NCBI GenBank assembly: GCA_944332475.1
Contig: CALVKA010000003.1
Coordinates: forward strand, 63,493-127,492
Direction: 5' to 3'
DNA: 64,000 nt
From: an uncultured Bacilli bacterium
Lineage (GTDB): Bacteria; Bacillota_I; Bacilli_A; RF39; UBA660
Shown here: positions 8,850 through 18,545 of the stretch, piece by piece
Layout: the number at the start of each line of letters is the position of its first letter
How positions within the stretch are numbered: position 1 is the first letter of the stretch
Position numbers and translations under genes: made by a program
Notes under the pieces: model-generated
What the model was told of the DNA's origin: nothing
What the model saw: only the letters and a program-made list of their open reading frames with translations
Databases searched by the model: none

Positions 8850-9860
8850 TTAGTCTTTCTTATTTTTTAAAATGAAGTTGTAGGCATCTTTACACATATC
8901 TTCTATTCCTAAAGAAGCTTCCCATCCTAATTCATCTTTGGCTTTTGTTGGATCAGCGAAGCATTCTGCAATATCTCCAGATCTGCGATTGGTAATTTTA
9001 TAATTTACTTTTACATGATTTACTTTTTCAAAAGCATTCACAATATCTAATACACTATAACCAATTCCAGTTCCTAGATTATAAATGTATAGGCCTTGAC
9101 TTTCTTTTTCTAATTTTTCTAGTGCTTTAATATGTCCTTTAGCTAGGTCTACTACATGAATGTAGTCTCTTACTCCTGTACCATCTTTGGTTGGATAGTC
9201 ATTTCCAAAAATAGATAGACATTCTAATTCTTTACTTGCTACTTTTGCAATATATGGCATTAAATTGGCTGGGATGCCGTTTGGCTCTTCCCCGATTAGT
9301 CCACTTGGATGAGCACCTATTGGATTGAAGTATCTTAGAATAGCGATGTCCCAGGTGTTATCTGATTTATATAAGTCTTTTAAAATTTGTTCTACAAATA
9401 ATTTAGAAGTTCCATATGGATTTGTGGTACCTCCTGTTTTGTCGGTCTCTTTAATGGGTACTTTCTCTGGGTCACCATAGACGGTTGCACTTGATGAAAA
9501 GACTAGTTTTTTGACATGATGTTTTGTCATTACTTTTAATAATACTAATACCGTTGATACATTATTCATATAGTATTCTATTGGTTTTTGAACAGATTCT
9601 CCTACAGCTTTATAGGCAGCAAAATCTATTACTGCATCTATTTTTTCTGTTGTAAAAATATTATTTAGTAATTGTTCATCCATCATATCTCCTAAATAGA
9701 ATTTAACTTCTTTTCCTGTGATTTCTTTTATCTTTTCTTTTACTTCTTCTTTGGAGTTAGATAAGTTATCTAATACTACTACTTCATAACCTTCTTGTAG
9801 TAGCTCTACGCAAGTATGACTACCAATATAGCCTAGACCACCTGTTACTAATATTTTCAT
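8850..9860 (-). CDS. galE: UDP-glucose 4-epimerase
   Basis: GGLGYIGSHT, FSSSATVYG, YGTSK, LRYFNPIGAH, RDYIHVVDLA. Confidence 0.97.
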   Translation of the reverse strand: MKILVTGGLGYIGSHTCVELLQEGYEVVVLDNLSNSKEEVKEKIKEITGKEVKFYLGDMMDEQLLNNIFTTEKIDAVIDFAAYKAVGESVQKPIEYYMNNVSTVLVLLKVMTKHHVKKLVFSSSATVYGDPEKVPIKETDKTGGTTNPYGTSKLFVEQILKDLYKSDNTWDIAILRYFNPIGAHPSGLIGEEPNGIPANLMPYIAKVASKELECLSIFGNDYPTKDGTGVRDYIHVVDLAKGHIKALEKLEKESQGLYIYNLGTGIGYSVLDIVNAFEKVNHVKVNYKITNRRSGDIAECFADPTKAKDELGWEASLGIEDMCKDAYNFILKNKKD

Positions 9861-9861
9861 T

Positions 9862-10383
9862 CTAGTTCCTCCTCATATGTTTTTCTTTATATTCTTGCAT
9901 TACTACTAGCATCTCTTTTCCAATGACGGTTTCAATAGAATGGTTTAACATACTTTCTCGTAGAAATTGTTCCATATCTTTGATTGGAATATAGAACAAA
10001 TTGAAGTCGGTTGATCTTTCTAGGTCAGATAGACTCATTTCTTCTACTTTTGGTCCTTCATTACTACGAACGATATAATAATACATCTTGTTGCATCTTG
10101 TTTTTCCTGTATCTAAGTAGTTGCTATAATACTCTTCTATTACCATAAATGGCCCTGTTTCTATTGTACTGTCAATCCCTGTTTCTTCTTTTATTTCCCT
10201 TTTTAAACTTTCTTCTAAAGATTCATGATCTCTCCAATGACCACCTGGGAATTGATAAGTATAATTATTATGAACCACCAATAATTCTTGTTTTTCATTT
10301 ACCATTAAAGCTTTTACTCTAATGACTGTGTCATCTATATCCTTAATATCTAAATTATCTTCATTAATAATTACTCTTTTCAT
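9862..10383 (-). CDS. NUDIX hydrolase
   Basis: Nudix box PGGH...ESLEESLKREIKEETG. Confidence 0.9.
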   Translation of the reverse strand: MKRVIINEDNLDIKDIDDTVIRVKALMVNEKQELLVVHNNYTYQFPGGHWRDHESLEESLKREIKEETGIDSTIETGPFMVIEEYYSNYLDTGKTRCNKMYYYIVRSNEGPKVEEMSLSDLERSTDFNLFYIPIKDMEQFLRESMLNHSIETVIGKEMLVVMQEYKEKHMRRN

Positions 10384-10395
10384 ATTTTCCCCTTT

Positions 10396-11439
10396 CTAAT
10401 TGTATACATATCTTTCCCAGTATTCTGTCGTTGTTGGTGATACTGTTTGAAAGACTGCGTCTATTTGTTCACACATGTATTTTGCTTTTTTCCAAATTGT
10501 CGTGCCGGTTATGAGACAACTGGCTTCTGATGTTGCCATCATATATTCAAAAGTAGAAGCTCTATCTTCATATTCATCTGTTTGTGCATAACTGTTGACA
10601 AAAGAAGCATAGGCATTATTTCCTGTAGTATAAGATAAGGAGTCGTTGACGTTTCCATAACTAAATCCTGATGGGTTTAATGTGTTCCAGGTAGTATAAT
10701 TGGCACCTCTTGTATACATGTATTTTTCTACATAATGATATAGTTCATGGTGTAAGCTTTCTGTGAAACTGTAGTCTGTTGCGAGTGAGATTACTACATT
10801 TTTTGTTGTTGAATCCGTAATTCCTGTGACATTTGCTTGTGAATATCTTTTTAATAAATAGATTGTCAAATTATAACCACCTTGTTTTGTCTCATTTATA
10901 AAACCAGAAGGATATAATGACAAATTATAATTTAAGGCACTTAGTACTTCGTTTATACGATTCGTATCTGATAACATGATGCTAGATAGTCCTCCTACAG
11001 AATATCCATTGGTTTCTGCTCCATATTTTACCGTAATCCCATAGGTGTTTTGAATGTTGTTTCTTAGGGTGTTATTGGTATCCTCTATTGATGGTGTATT
11101 ATTATCAGGCTGTGATGGTTGATAACTCGGTGTTTGTGATGTTGTGCCGCCGGAGTTTGATGGGGCAGATTGTGCTGGTGGGGTGGTATTTTCCGTTGTT
11201 GATTCTGTACTGCTTTCTGGAGAAGTTCCTTCTGGTGTTGTTTCCACATCATCAATCGAGATATCATCCGTTGTTGTAATATTGATACCTTCCGTATTTG
11301 TGGTCCCTACTACATGAGTATTTGTGACTGGATTTATCAGTGAATGATTTTCTAAGTTTAATCCGATTCCAGCTATAATCAATACAAAGGAGAAGGCGAT
11401 TAAGACTTCTGCTAATCTGATGCGTGATTTCCTTGTCAT
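10396..11439 (-). CDS. Membrane-anchored zinc metallopeptidase (zincin)
   Basis: N-terminal TM, S/T/P-rich linker, HHELYH (HExxH), then YAQTDEYEDRASTFE. Confidence 0.7.
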   Translation of the reverse strand: MTRKSRIRLAEVLIAFSFVLIIAGIGLNLENHSLINPVTNTHVVGTTNTEGINITTTDDISIDDVETTPEGTSPESSTESTTENTTPPAQSAPSNSGGTTSQTPSYQPSQPDNNTPSIEDTNNTLRNNIQNTYGITVKYGAETNGYSVGGLSSIMLSDTNRINEVLSALNYNLSLYPSGFINETKQGGYNLTIYLLKRYSQANVTGITDSTTKNVVISLATDYSFTESLHHELYHYVEKYMYTRGANYTTWNTLNPSGFSYGNVNDSLSYTTGNNAYASFVNSYAQTDEYEDRASTFEYMMATSEASCLITGTTIWKKAKYMCEQIDAVFQTVSPTTTEYWERYVYN

Positions 11440-11507
11440 ATAGCGCCTCCTACTCTTCTATCTAATTGTAACAAATTTAATCATAAAAAAAAAGACCTAT
11501 TACAGTC

Positions 11508-12053
11508 TTATTTCAAAAAATTTGGTGCTAACATTCCTAGAATTATAGCTCCTAATATTAAGATACTGAAGATGAAAGCTAGTGCGTTACCAGTACCTCT
11601 TTGGTCAATTTTTTCTTGAGAGATACCACTTGGTTTATTGCTTGCTGTTTGTCCTACCGCCTCAGAAATTCTTGTTGTTTCTTTCTCTTGTAAACCATGA
11701 ATGTTACACATATCATTATGTTCACTAATAATTTTAAGACTAACTTTTTCTTCTTTGTATGGAGAAATTTGATTAATTACTATTTTATTGTCTTTTGTAA
11801 ATTGGTTTAAAAATGGCTCTAATAGTTCTTGAATTACTAATTCTAGATTTGAAAAAGTTTCTTCTTCTAGCTCTTCTTTAGAGCCATCTATTTCATATTT
11901 TGTTGCTTTGGCATGACAATAATTTGCATCAATATCAAATTCAAATATAATGGAGTTTTCTGGAGTTGATTGTTTTAAAAAATTATTAATTTTATCTAAA
12001 TATTGTTGTGGGGTACTAGTATCTTGTATTTCTAATTTTTCAACTTCATCCAT
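11508..12053 (-). CDS. Hypothetical protein with C-terminal membrane anchor
   Basis: 181-aa ORF with RBS; hydrophobic C-terminal helix. Confidence 0.6.
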   Translation of the reverse strand: MDEVEKLEIQDTSTPQQYLDKINNFLKQSTPENSIIFEFDIDANYCHAKATKYEIDGSKEELEEETFSNLELVIQELLEPFLNQFTKDNKIVINQISPYKEEKVSLKIISEHNDMCNIHGLQEKETTRISEAVGQTASNKPSGISQEKIDQRGTGNALAFIFSILILGAIILGMLAPNFLK

Positions 12054-12067
12054 TATGTTTCACTTCC

Positions 12068-13228
12068 TTATTGATATTCTTTATTTAAAGCTTTGATTTG
12101 ATCATATAACTCTTGTGCTTTGTCTAATTCTCCTTCGTTATAATAGATATTTGCTTTTACTGTTAAATCTTCAATTTGTCTTTCAATATTATCCGGTAAT
12201 TCTTTTGGAGTTTGTTCTGGTTTAGGAATTGGCTCTGTTGTTTCTGTTGGGCCCTGGAACAGACCTTTACTTATTAATAATTGTTCCTGATATAATCTTG
12301 ATTTTCTTAGGTTTTCCAATTGATTAGGTCTAACCATTATGGCCTTGGATAAATTTTTTGTCATCTTTTGGAATCTCTTAACGGTTGAGTCCTTCGAATT
12401 ATCAATAGGACTTGAAATAGAAGATGTTATGGTAACTTCTGGATCTTCTTTTGTTGCTTGCTGGGCTACCTCTTCTACTTTTTCCTCTTTATTAGGTTCT
12501 TGCTCCGTTACTATTTCCTGTATTACTGGTTCATTAGAAGGTTCAGGCACTTCTTCCTTTGAATCTGGTTGTGACATTGTTGTTAATTTTGGTTCGGCTG
12601 GAGATTCCGTTGGTGTTTTTACTATTGGTTCCACTATAGGAGATGGTGTCTTTTCTTCCTGTACTTTAGGTTCTTCTTTTTTCTCCACTACTTCTTTTGG
12701 TGGTTCTACTACTGGTTCTTTTTCTACTGTTACTACTGATTGTGGCTTTATAGGATCCTCGTCTACTACCTTTTCTTCTTGTACCTTAGGCTCTTCTTCC
12801 TTTTTTTCTACTATTTCTTTTGGGGGCTCTGCTGGAGTTTGTTTTTCTATTGTTACTACTGGTTGTGGTTTTATAGAAGTTCTTTCTTCTTCTACTTTTT
12901 CTTCTACTACTTCTTCTTTTGGTGCTTGTGGCGGTTGTTTTTTTTGTTGTTCTTGAATAGAATTCGCCATTGGGATACCTTCTGTTTTTTCCGTTATATC
13001 ATCTAGTTGCTGTAGCTGGTGCTCGAACTCATCTGTTAACTCTACTATTTTATCACTAATAGATGTTAGTGATGTTATTAGTTCTTTTTGCTTTTCTTCT
13101 TCTATTGTACGTTTTTTTATTTCTAATTTTTTTCTTGTTATTTCTGTTACAACATCATAGGCAATAGCTTTCATCTGCATTGATGCTAATCGATACTCAT
13201 TATTTTCAAATTCAAAACTATCATCCAC
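12068..13228 (-). CDS. Hypothetical protein: coiled coil, Pro/Glu-rich disordered linker, C-terminal UVR/TPR-like helix pair
   Basis: 386-aa ORF in an operon-like run; composition; EDLTVKANIYYNEGELDKAQELYDQIKAL. Confidence 0.65.
   Translation of the reverse strand: MDDSFEFENNEYRLASMQMKAIAYDVVTEITRKKLEIKKRTIEEEKQKELITSLTSISDKIVELTDEFEHQLQQLDDITEKTEGIPMANSIQEQQKKQPPQAPKEEVVEEKVEEERTSIKPQPVVTIEKQTPAEPPKEIVEKKEEEPKVQEEKVVDEDPIKPQSVVTVEKEPVVEPPKEVVEKKEEPKVQEEKTPSPIVEPIVKTPTESPAEPKLTTMSQPDSKEEVPEPSNEPVIQEIVTEQEPNKEEKVEEVAQQATKEDPEVTITSSISSPIDNSKDSTVKRFQKMTKNLSKAIMVRPNQLENLRKSRLYQEQLLISKGLFQGPTETTEPIPKPEQTPKELPDNIERQIEDLTVKANIYYNEGELDKAQELYDQIKALNKEYQ
12651..12874 (-). repeat. Imperfect ~123-bp intragenic tandem duplication
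   Basis: IKPQPVVTIEKQTPAEPPKEIVEKKEEEPKVQEEK versus IKPQSVVTVEKEPVVEPPKEVVEKKEEPKVQEEK. Confidence 0.75.
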
Positions 13229-13240
13229 TAGCTATCACCC

Positions 13241-13519
13241 CTAACTTTCCTTAGGTTGCGTATTTGCGATTGCTTTTAGTAAGTGTTGAACATCTATCCA
13301 CTCTACGTCATCTGTAATTTCTTCCAAACGAAAGTTGTTTCCATCTGGTATGATTTTAGCAATATAAATAACTTGATTCCCTGTTTCTTCTTGTACTTCA
13401 CCTTTTGTGTATACAACATATTGCCTTTTGTCATCATCAGAATTCAAATATGTTACTACCTCAATATCAGATGACAATCCATCGATGTCAATCAATTCTG
13501 CCATTTCTTTTTTATCCAT
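13241..13519 (-). CDS. DUF1292-like small acidic protein
   Basis: KRQYVVYT...LEEITDDVEW pattern. Confidence 0.6.
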   Translation of the reverse strand: MDKKEMAELIDIDGLSSDIEVVTYLNSDDDKRQYVVYTKGEVQEETGNQVIYIAKIIPDGNNFRLEEITDDVEWIDVQHLLKAIANTQPKES

Positions 13520-13577
13520 AGCGCAACCTCTCTATTCTATTTTTATTATACACGACTTTTTCAGTTAAGTAAATAAT

Positions 13578-14645
13578 TTAAATAAATAATATCACTAGTA
13601 TGGTAGCTATCATTATACTGATTTGTACACCTTGCTTTCCATGTTCGGAAAGTTTTTTCCAAGGAATATGACAAATAAGTAATATGATAATATAAGGAAT
13701 TATATAAGCAACTAAATAACCTATGTGAATTAATATGTTCATGATGATGGATATATCATTCGTTTCTAATAAAGTGGATACGATTGTATTGTAAATAGGA
13801 GATGCTGTTAGACCAATTGCTATTGCTAATAATAGTAGGATTATTTTTTGTAATGGCTTCGGTATTTTTATTTTTTGTAAACTTTCTATTGCTAGCAATG
13901 CAGAAATTATAATAATGATAATTCTAGCAATCCATTTTATCGCTTCTATTTCTATTTTGGCTGTTAAAATGCTGGTAATCCCTATTAGTAATAGGCCTAT
14001 TGGTAATAGGATTAATTTATCTTTTTTCTCTTTTTGTAGACTGATAGCAGCAGTATAGGTGATGATGAGCCATAAAACCGGTAATGAAAAACTGGCTAAT
14101 AAACCTAATATCGGAATTGCCGTCATTAAATCAAAGTTTTTGAAATTAATTTCTCCTATGATTGGTAAATTTAAAGTTGTATTTTCATCTAGCTTTTTTT
14201 CTTGTATTACAAATTCTTCGTCTGGAATTTCTGCTGTCTGTTCGTAGGTACCATCTTTAATTTCTTGAACAATATCGTGATGCGTATTCTCACTATAATA
14301 AGATACTGTTCTTCTTAATTCCTGTTCTGTTGAAGTAGAAAAACCGGTAATAATCGTTTGGCCAATAATTGTTACGGGAACTCCTGTAAAACTTTTTTCT
14401 GTTTTTGTTGCAATTTGGTTTAGTAATTGCTGGTTTTCTTCGTTATGCCATACTTCGTATTTAACGATTTCTAGATTAGGAAATTCTTCTTGTAATGTTT
14501 TAAAATATTCTTGTTCTGCCGCACAATGGGGACACCCATCTCCCCAGAATAGATATAAGGTAACTTTTTCTTCTGCTGTTGTGTTGGGTATGAATAGAAA
14601 AAGCATTACGAATACTAATAAAATATACTTAATCTTTTTTAACAT
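13578..14645 (-). CDS. Exported thioredoxin/glutaredoxin domain (CPHC) fused to a multi-TM domain
   Basis: Signal peptide; LYLFWGDGCPHC; cis-Pro motif GVP; about 6 C-terminal TMs. Confidence 0.75.
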   Translation of the reverse strand: MLKKIKYILLVFVMLFLFIPNTTAEEKVTLYLFWGDGCPHCAAEQEYFKTLQEEFPNLEIVKYEVWHNEENQQLLNQIATKTEKSFTGVPVTIIGQTIITGFSTSTEQELRRTVSYYSENTHHDIVQEIKDGTYEQTAEIPDEEFVIQEKKLDENTTLNLPIIGEINFKNFDLMTAIPILGLLASFSLPVLWLIITYTAAISLQKEKKDKLILLPIGLLLIGITSILTAKIEIEAIKWIARIIIIIISALLAIESLQKIKIPKPLQKIILLLLAIAIGLTASPIYNTIVSTLLETNDISIIMNILIHIGYLVAYIIPYIIILLICHIPWKKLSEHGKQGVQISIMIATILVILFI

Positions 14646-15762
14646 ATAAACTGCTCAACTCATTTCTTATTTTTATAAACTCTTTTACAAATATTTCTAA
14701 TTCTTGTTTTGTTGTGAGATAAGAAATACTTATCCTTAAACTATGATTAGCTTTTTCTTGATCTTGCGTTACTGCAAATACTGCTCCTGATGTATCATTT
14801 GTAGAACATGCTGTCTTGGTAGAAATATAAATTTCTTTTTCTTCTAAGGCATGAAGAAATGTTTCTGGCTTTATCTGTTCTATACTAATATTTAAGATAT
14901 TAGGGATAGCATCTTTAGGACTATTGATTGTAATGTTTCCTTTTTCTAATTCTTTTCTTAAATAATCATTATAATGTTGTACTTGATCTCTTTTTTCATC
15001 TATGTTTTCATATGCTAGCCTTAGAGCTTTTGCCATAGAGACAATTAAGGCTGTTGGAGGGGTTCCACTTCTGTCTTTGGTTGTTGATTTTCCTCCGTGA
15101 ATTAGAGGTTCTATTACAATATTTTCTTTTTTTATCAATGCACCAATCCCTTTCATACCATAGAATTTCTGGGCGGAAAAACTTGCTAGATCTACATTGG
15201 TCAAATCTACTTTTTCCTTCCCTAAACTTTGCGTAATATCTGTATGAAAATATGCTTTTGGATATTCTTTTACTATTTTTCCTATCTCTTTAATTGGTTG
15301 AATAATACCTAGCTCACTGCTGATGCTAGCAATCGTAACTAGAATGGTGTCATCTCTCATCTTTCGTTTTAAATCTTCTAGGTCTACTTTCCCCTCTTCT
15401 GTTAAATTTACATACTCTACTTCAAATCCTTGTTTTTCTAGAAATTTTAATGGTTCTAAAACGGATGAATGTTCTAGTTGAGTTGTAATAATATGCTTTC
15501 CTCTATTTTGATATTTAAAACAAATTCCTTTGATAGCTGTATTGTTTGCTTCACTTGCACCACTGGTATAAATAATTTCATTCGGTTTTACTTGTAAAAT
15601 GCTTGCTATTTGTCTTGTTGCTGCATCAATTAAAGATTTTGCTTCTACTCCTAATTTATGTAAAGAATTAGGATTACCTATCATTTTTCTTGTCGTATCT
15701 ACATAACTTTTTAGGACTTCTTCATTTACTGGCGTAGTAGCACTATAGTCTAAATATATCAC
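14629..15762 (-). CDS. Cysteine desulfurase (IscS/NifZ type)
   Basis: MIYLDYSATTP, GNPNSLH, EHSSV, SAQKFYG (PLP lysine), RSGT, STKTACS (catalytic Cys). Confidence 0.93.
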   Translation of the reverse strand: MIYLDYSATTPVNEEVLKSYVDTTRKMIGNPNSLHKLGVEAKSLIDAATRQIASILQVKPNEIIYTSGASEANNTAIKGICFKYQNRGKHIITTQLEHSSVLEPLKFLEKQGFEVEYVNLTEEGKVDLEDLKRKMRDDTILVTIASISSELGIIQPIKEIGKIVKEYPKAYFHTDITQSLGKEKVDLTNVDLASFSAQKFYGMKGIGALIKKENIVIEPLIHGGKSTTKDRSGTPPTALIVSMAKALRLAYENIDEKRDQVQHYNDYLRKELEKGNITINSPKDAIPNILNISIEQIKPETFLHALEEKEIYISTKTACSTNDTSGAVFAVTQDQEKANHSLRISISYLTTKQELEIFVKEFIKIRNELSSLYVKKD

Positions 15763-15822
15763 GTGATCCCTTCTTTCTCTTCTTTATTTTAGCACGGTTT
15801 TTTCTATTCAAAAAGAAAAATG

Positions 15823-16026
15823 CTACTTTGGCATTTCTTCTTTGCTATCTCCACTGATATGATATAATTCATAATTTAATTGGGCCATTGCTAATTCAAT
15901 GGTCATTAACTTTTCACTTTTATCTAATTTCTCATTTTCTAATAGATTTTTTACAATCTCCTCTGCACCTTTTAGTATTGCGTCTTTATTTTCTAATACA
16001 TTGATTTTATCTAACATATAATTCAT
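15823..16026 (-). CDS. Small hypothetical protein
   Basis: 67-aa helical ORF with AGGAGG RBS. Confidence 0.6.
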   Translation of the reverse strand: MNYMLDKINVLENKDAILKGAEEIVKNLLENEKLDKSEKLMTIELAMAQLNYELYHISGDSKEEMPK

Positions 16027-16041
16027 ACTCGTAACCTCCTA

Positions 16042-16662
16042 TTATTTATCTGTATATTTTTTTACAATATCATATAGATGTTGCATCTTAGTATCCATCA
16101 TTTTTATTTCATCCGAGCAGGATAATAATTCTCTTTTTAGATAGACTGGTATGTCGTTTGGTAGTTTATATTGTAGTTTGTGTTCTAGTGATGCCCAAAA
16201 ATCCATTGCCAGTGTTCTAATTTGAATTTCTGCTTCTATATATTCTTGTTTTTGTTCTAAATGGATTGGTACTAATACCATCAAATGATAACTACTATAG
16301 CCTGAATCTTTCGGATTTTTGATATAGTCTATTTCTTCTAGTATTTTAAAATTTTTAGATTCTTTAATAATATTTACAATATCATATACATCTGATAAAA
16401 AAGAACAAACAATTCTAAATCCCACGATATCATGGATATGTTTTTCTACATTTTCTATACTGAATTCATATCCTTTATCTTTTAACTTCTTCAAAATACT
16501 GCTTTCGGATTTTAATCTAGATTTTATATGTTCTACTGGATTATTTCCTGTTCTATGTTCATGTTCTTTTAGCAAAATTTCTAATTCTGCTTCTAACATA
16601 GTTTTTGCAAATCTGTACTTCAATAGCGTTCCTTCCCAGTCTCTGGGATTTTCTTGGTTCAT
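16042..16662 (-). CDS. Small alarmone synthetase (RelP/RelQ-like GTP pyrophosphokinase)
   Basis: HIKSRLKS, HDIVGFRIVC, DYIKNPKDSGYSSYH, EIQIRTLAMDFWASLEHKLQYK. Confidence 0.93.
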   Translation of the reverse strand: MNQENPRDWEGTLLKYRFAKTMLEAELEILLKEHEHRTGNNPVEHIKSRLKSESSILKKLKDKGYEFSIENVEKHIHDIVGFRIVCSFLSDVYDIVNIIKESKNFKILEEIDYIKNPKDSGYSSYHLMVLVPIHLEQKQEYIEAEIQIRTLAMDFWASLEHKLQYKLPNDIPVYLKRELLSCSDEIKMMDTKMQHLYDIVKKYTDK

Positions 16663-16754
16663 TTCTGTCCTCCTATCAATAAAAAAGAGGGTGTTGTTGT
16701 TACAGCCCTACTTTTTGCGAATTTCATTATACCATAAAATTCTTTGTTTGAGTA

Positions 16755-17027
16755 TTATTTGTTTGTATTTTGATAATAATCTCTTTCGGCAATACTCATG
16801 CTTACTTGGTCTAATTCTTCTTGTTCTACATCTTCTAGGTCGGAGATTATATCTTCTATTCTTTGTAGAATTTGTTTGGCTGTCATACAATTATTGTAAG
16901 CGATATGATATTTTTTTAGTACTGCTATTTCGTATGTCGTTAAAAATATGTCATGTTTTGTTTTATGAAGTTTATTCTTTTCAAAGTCTATGGCACTTAG
17001 TAATTCTTCTATATTATATTCTTTCAT
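16755..17027 (-). CDS. Hypothetical protein
   Basis: 90-aa ORF coupled (TAATG) to the upstream gene and followed by a terminator-like hairpin. Confidence 0.65.
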   Translation of the reverse strand: MKEYNIEELLSAIDFEKNKLHKTKHDIFLTTYEIAVLKKYHIAYNNCMTAKQILQRIEDIISDLEDVEQEELDQVSMSIAERDYYQNTNK

Positions 17028-17560
17028 TAGTTACAAGTATATCCGTTGTTTTTCATATGTGTCATAAACTCTCCTTCTGTGTAACTATCTTTGATTGATA
17101 ATGTAACGACATCTTGTGCTTTGGTGTTGGAATTAATTTTAATTTGTAAGTCATCATCGTCTGTAAATTCAATATTATTTAATATTAATGTTTCATCATC
17201 ATCTACTACAATATGAGCAATGATTCTATCAGATTCTTGTGTAATATCTACTGTTTTTTTAGGCAAATATTCATAAGAGTTTTCTAATACAAAACGCATA
17301 GAGTTTAAGTAGCTATCGTCTTCTGTATATTGATCTGGGAAAATCAATGTTTTTGTTAAATCCATACTACCGATACGATTGCCATCTAATGTTACTTGTA
17401 ATTCTTCATTGATTGCAATTCCTAAGTCATTGGTTGTAGATTTACTACATACAACATAAGGTTGTTGGATAGTTGCGAATAGATAAATAATAATGACAAT
17501 AAAAATAATCGTTAAAATCATTGGAAAGACTTTTCCTTTTTTTAGGCCCATCACCATCAC
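17027..17560 (-). CDS. Hypothetical membrane-anchored exported protein
   Basis: N-terminal TM; one Cys near each end of the ectodomain (VVCSK ... GYTCN). Confidence 0.65.
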   Translation of the reverse strand: MMVMGLKKGKVFPMILTIIFIVIIIYLFATIQQPYVVCSKSTTNDLGIAINEELQVTLDGNRIGSMDLTKTLIFPDQYTEDDSYLNSMRFVLENSYEYLPKKTVDITQESDRIIAHIVVDDDETLILNNIEFTDDDDLQIKINSNTKAQDVVTLSIKDSYTEGEFMTHMKNNGYTCN

Positions 17561-17672
17561 CTCTTTCTAAGCATATCTTAACCTATATCTATGTATTCGT
17601 CAAGATTCTTATTTCTTTTTTAGACAAGGTTTTTAGACAAAATAAAAGCTCCTTTTCAGGAGCTTATTTTTA

Positions 17673-18077
17673 TTATTTAATTTCAATTACTTTCTTAGAA
17701 TTTGCTTCTTCTTTTTTAGGAACAACAATTTTTAACATTCCATTTTCAAAGGATGCATTAATATGATTTTCATCTAAGTCGCCTAAGTAAAAACTTCTTT
17801 GATATTTACCATAAGATCTTTCGCGGCGAATATAGTTTTTCTCTTTATCTTCTTCATTTTCTTCTGATTTTTTCTCAGCTGTGATTGTTAGATATCCATC
17901 TTTTGTTTCCACTGAAATTTCATCTTTATTGAAACCTGGGATATCCATTTCAATATGATAGTCGCCACCTTTTTCATAAATATCACATTTCATGTGTTGT
18001 TCCTTTCTTGTTGTTAGAAAATCGTCAAATAAATCATCTAAATAAATTTTTCTTGGCATTAAATCCATATTTATCAT
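17673..18077 (-). CDS. Hsp20/alpha-crystallin small heat shock protein (copy 2)
   Basis: MKCDIYE, DIPGFNKDEI, RRERSYGKYQRSF, ASFENGMLKIVVPK. Confidence 0.95.
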   Translation of the reverse strand: MINMDLMPRKIYLDDLFDDFLTTRKEQHMKCDIYEKGGDYHIEMDIPGFNKDEISVETKDGYLTITAEKKSEENEEDKEKNYIRRERSYGKYQRSFYLGDLDENHINASFENGMLKIVVPKKEEANSKKVIEIK

Positions 18078-18104
18078 CTTCCTTTCGTTATTTTTATATT
18101 TATA

Positions 18105-18509
18105 TTATTTAATCTCAATCATTTTTTTCGTATCTTGTGCTTCTTCTTTTTTAGGAACAACAATCTTTAACATTCCATTTTCAAAAGATGCATCTATTTT
18201 GTCTTCATCTAAATCACCTAGATAAAAACTCCTTTCATATTTTCCGTAAATTCTTTCACGGCGAAGGTAGTTTTTCTCTTTATCTGCTTCATTATTTTCT
18301 TCTTTCTTTTCAGCGGTGATAGTTAGATAACCATCTTTTGTTTCCACTGAAATTTCATCTTTATTGAAACCTGGGATATCCATTTCAATATGATAGTCGC
18401 CACCTTTTTCATAAATATCACATTTCATGTGTTGTTCCTTTCTTGTTGTTAGAAAATCGTCAAATATATCATCAAAAAATCTTCTTGGCATTAAATCCAT
18501 ATTTATCAT
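18105..18509 (-). CDS. Hsp20/alpha-crystallin small heat shock protein (copy 1)
   Basis: Same motifs; near-identical to 17673-18077. Confidence 0.95.
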   Translation of the reverse strand: MINMDLMPRRFFDDIFDDFLTTRKEQHMKCDIYEKGGDYHIEMDIPGFNKDEISVETKDGYLTITAEKKEENNEADKEKNYLRRERIYGKYERSFYLGDLDEDKIDASFENGMLKIVVPKKEEAQDTKKMIEIK

Positions 18510-18545
18510 CTTCCTTTCATTTACAATTATGTTATAGCACCATTT

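Noticed and set aside
12339-13006. Plus-strand Ser/Phe-rich ORFs of 205 and 88 aa
   Set aside because: Antisense shadows of the Glu/Lys/Pro-rich gene.
15823-17027. toxSAS toxin-antitoxin module (SAS flanked by small ORFs)
   Set aside because: The SAS has the canonical RelP/RelQ sequence including the C-terminal helix, and no mobile context; housekeeping is more parsimonious.
16691-17098. Overlapping alternative ORFs (135 aa plus, 60 aa minus)
   Set aside because: They overlap the better-supported coupled genes 16755-17027 and 17027-17560, have no RBS and show biased composition.
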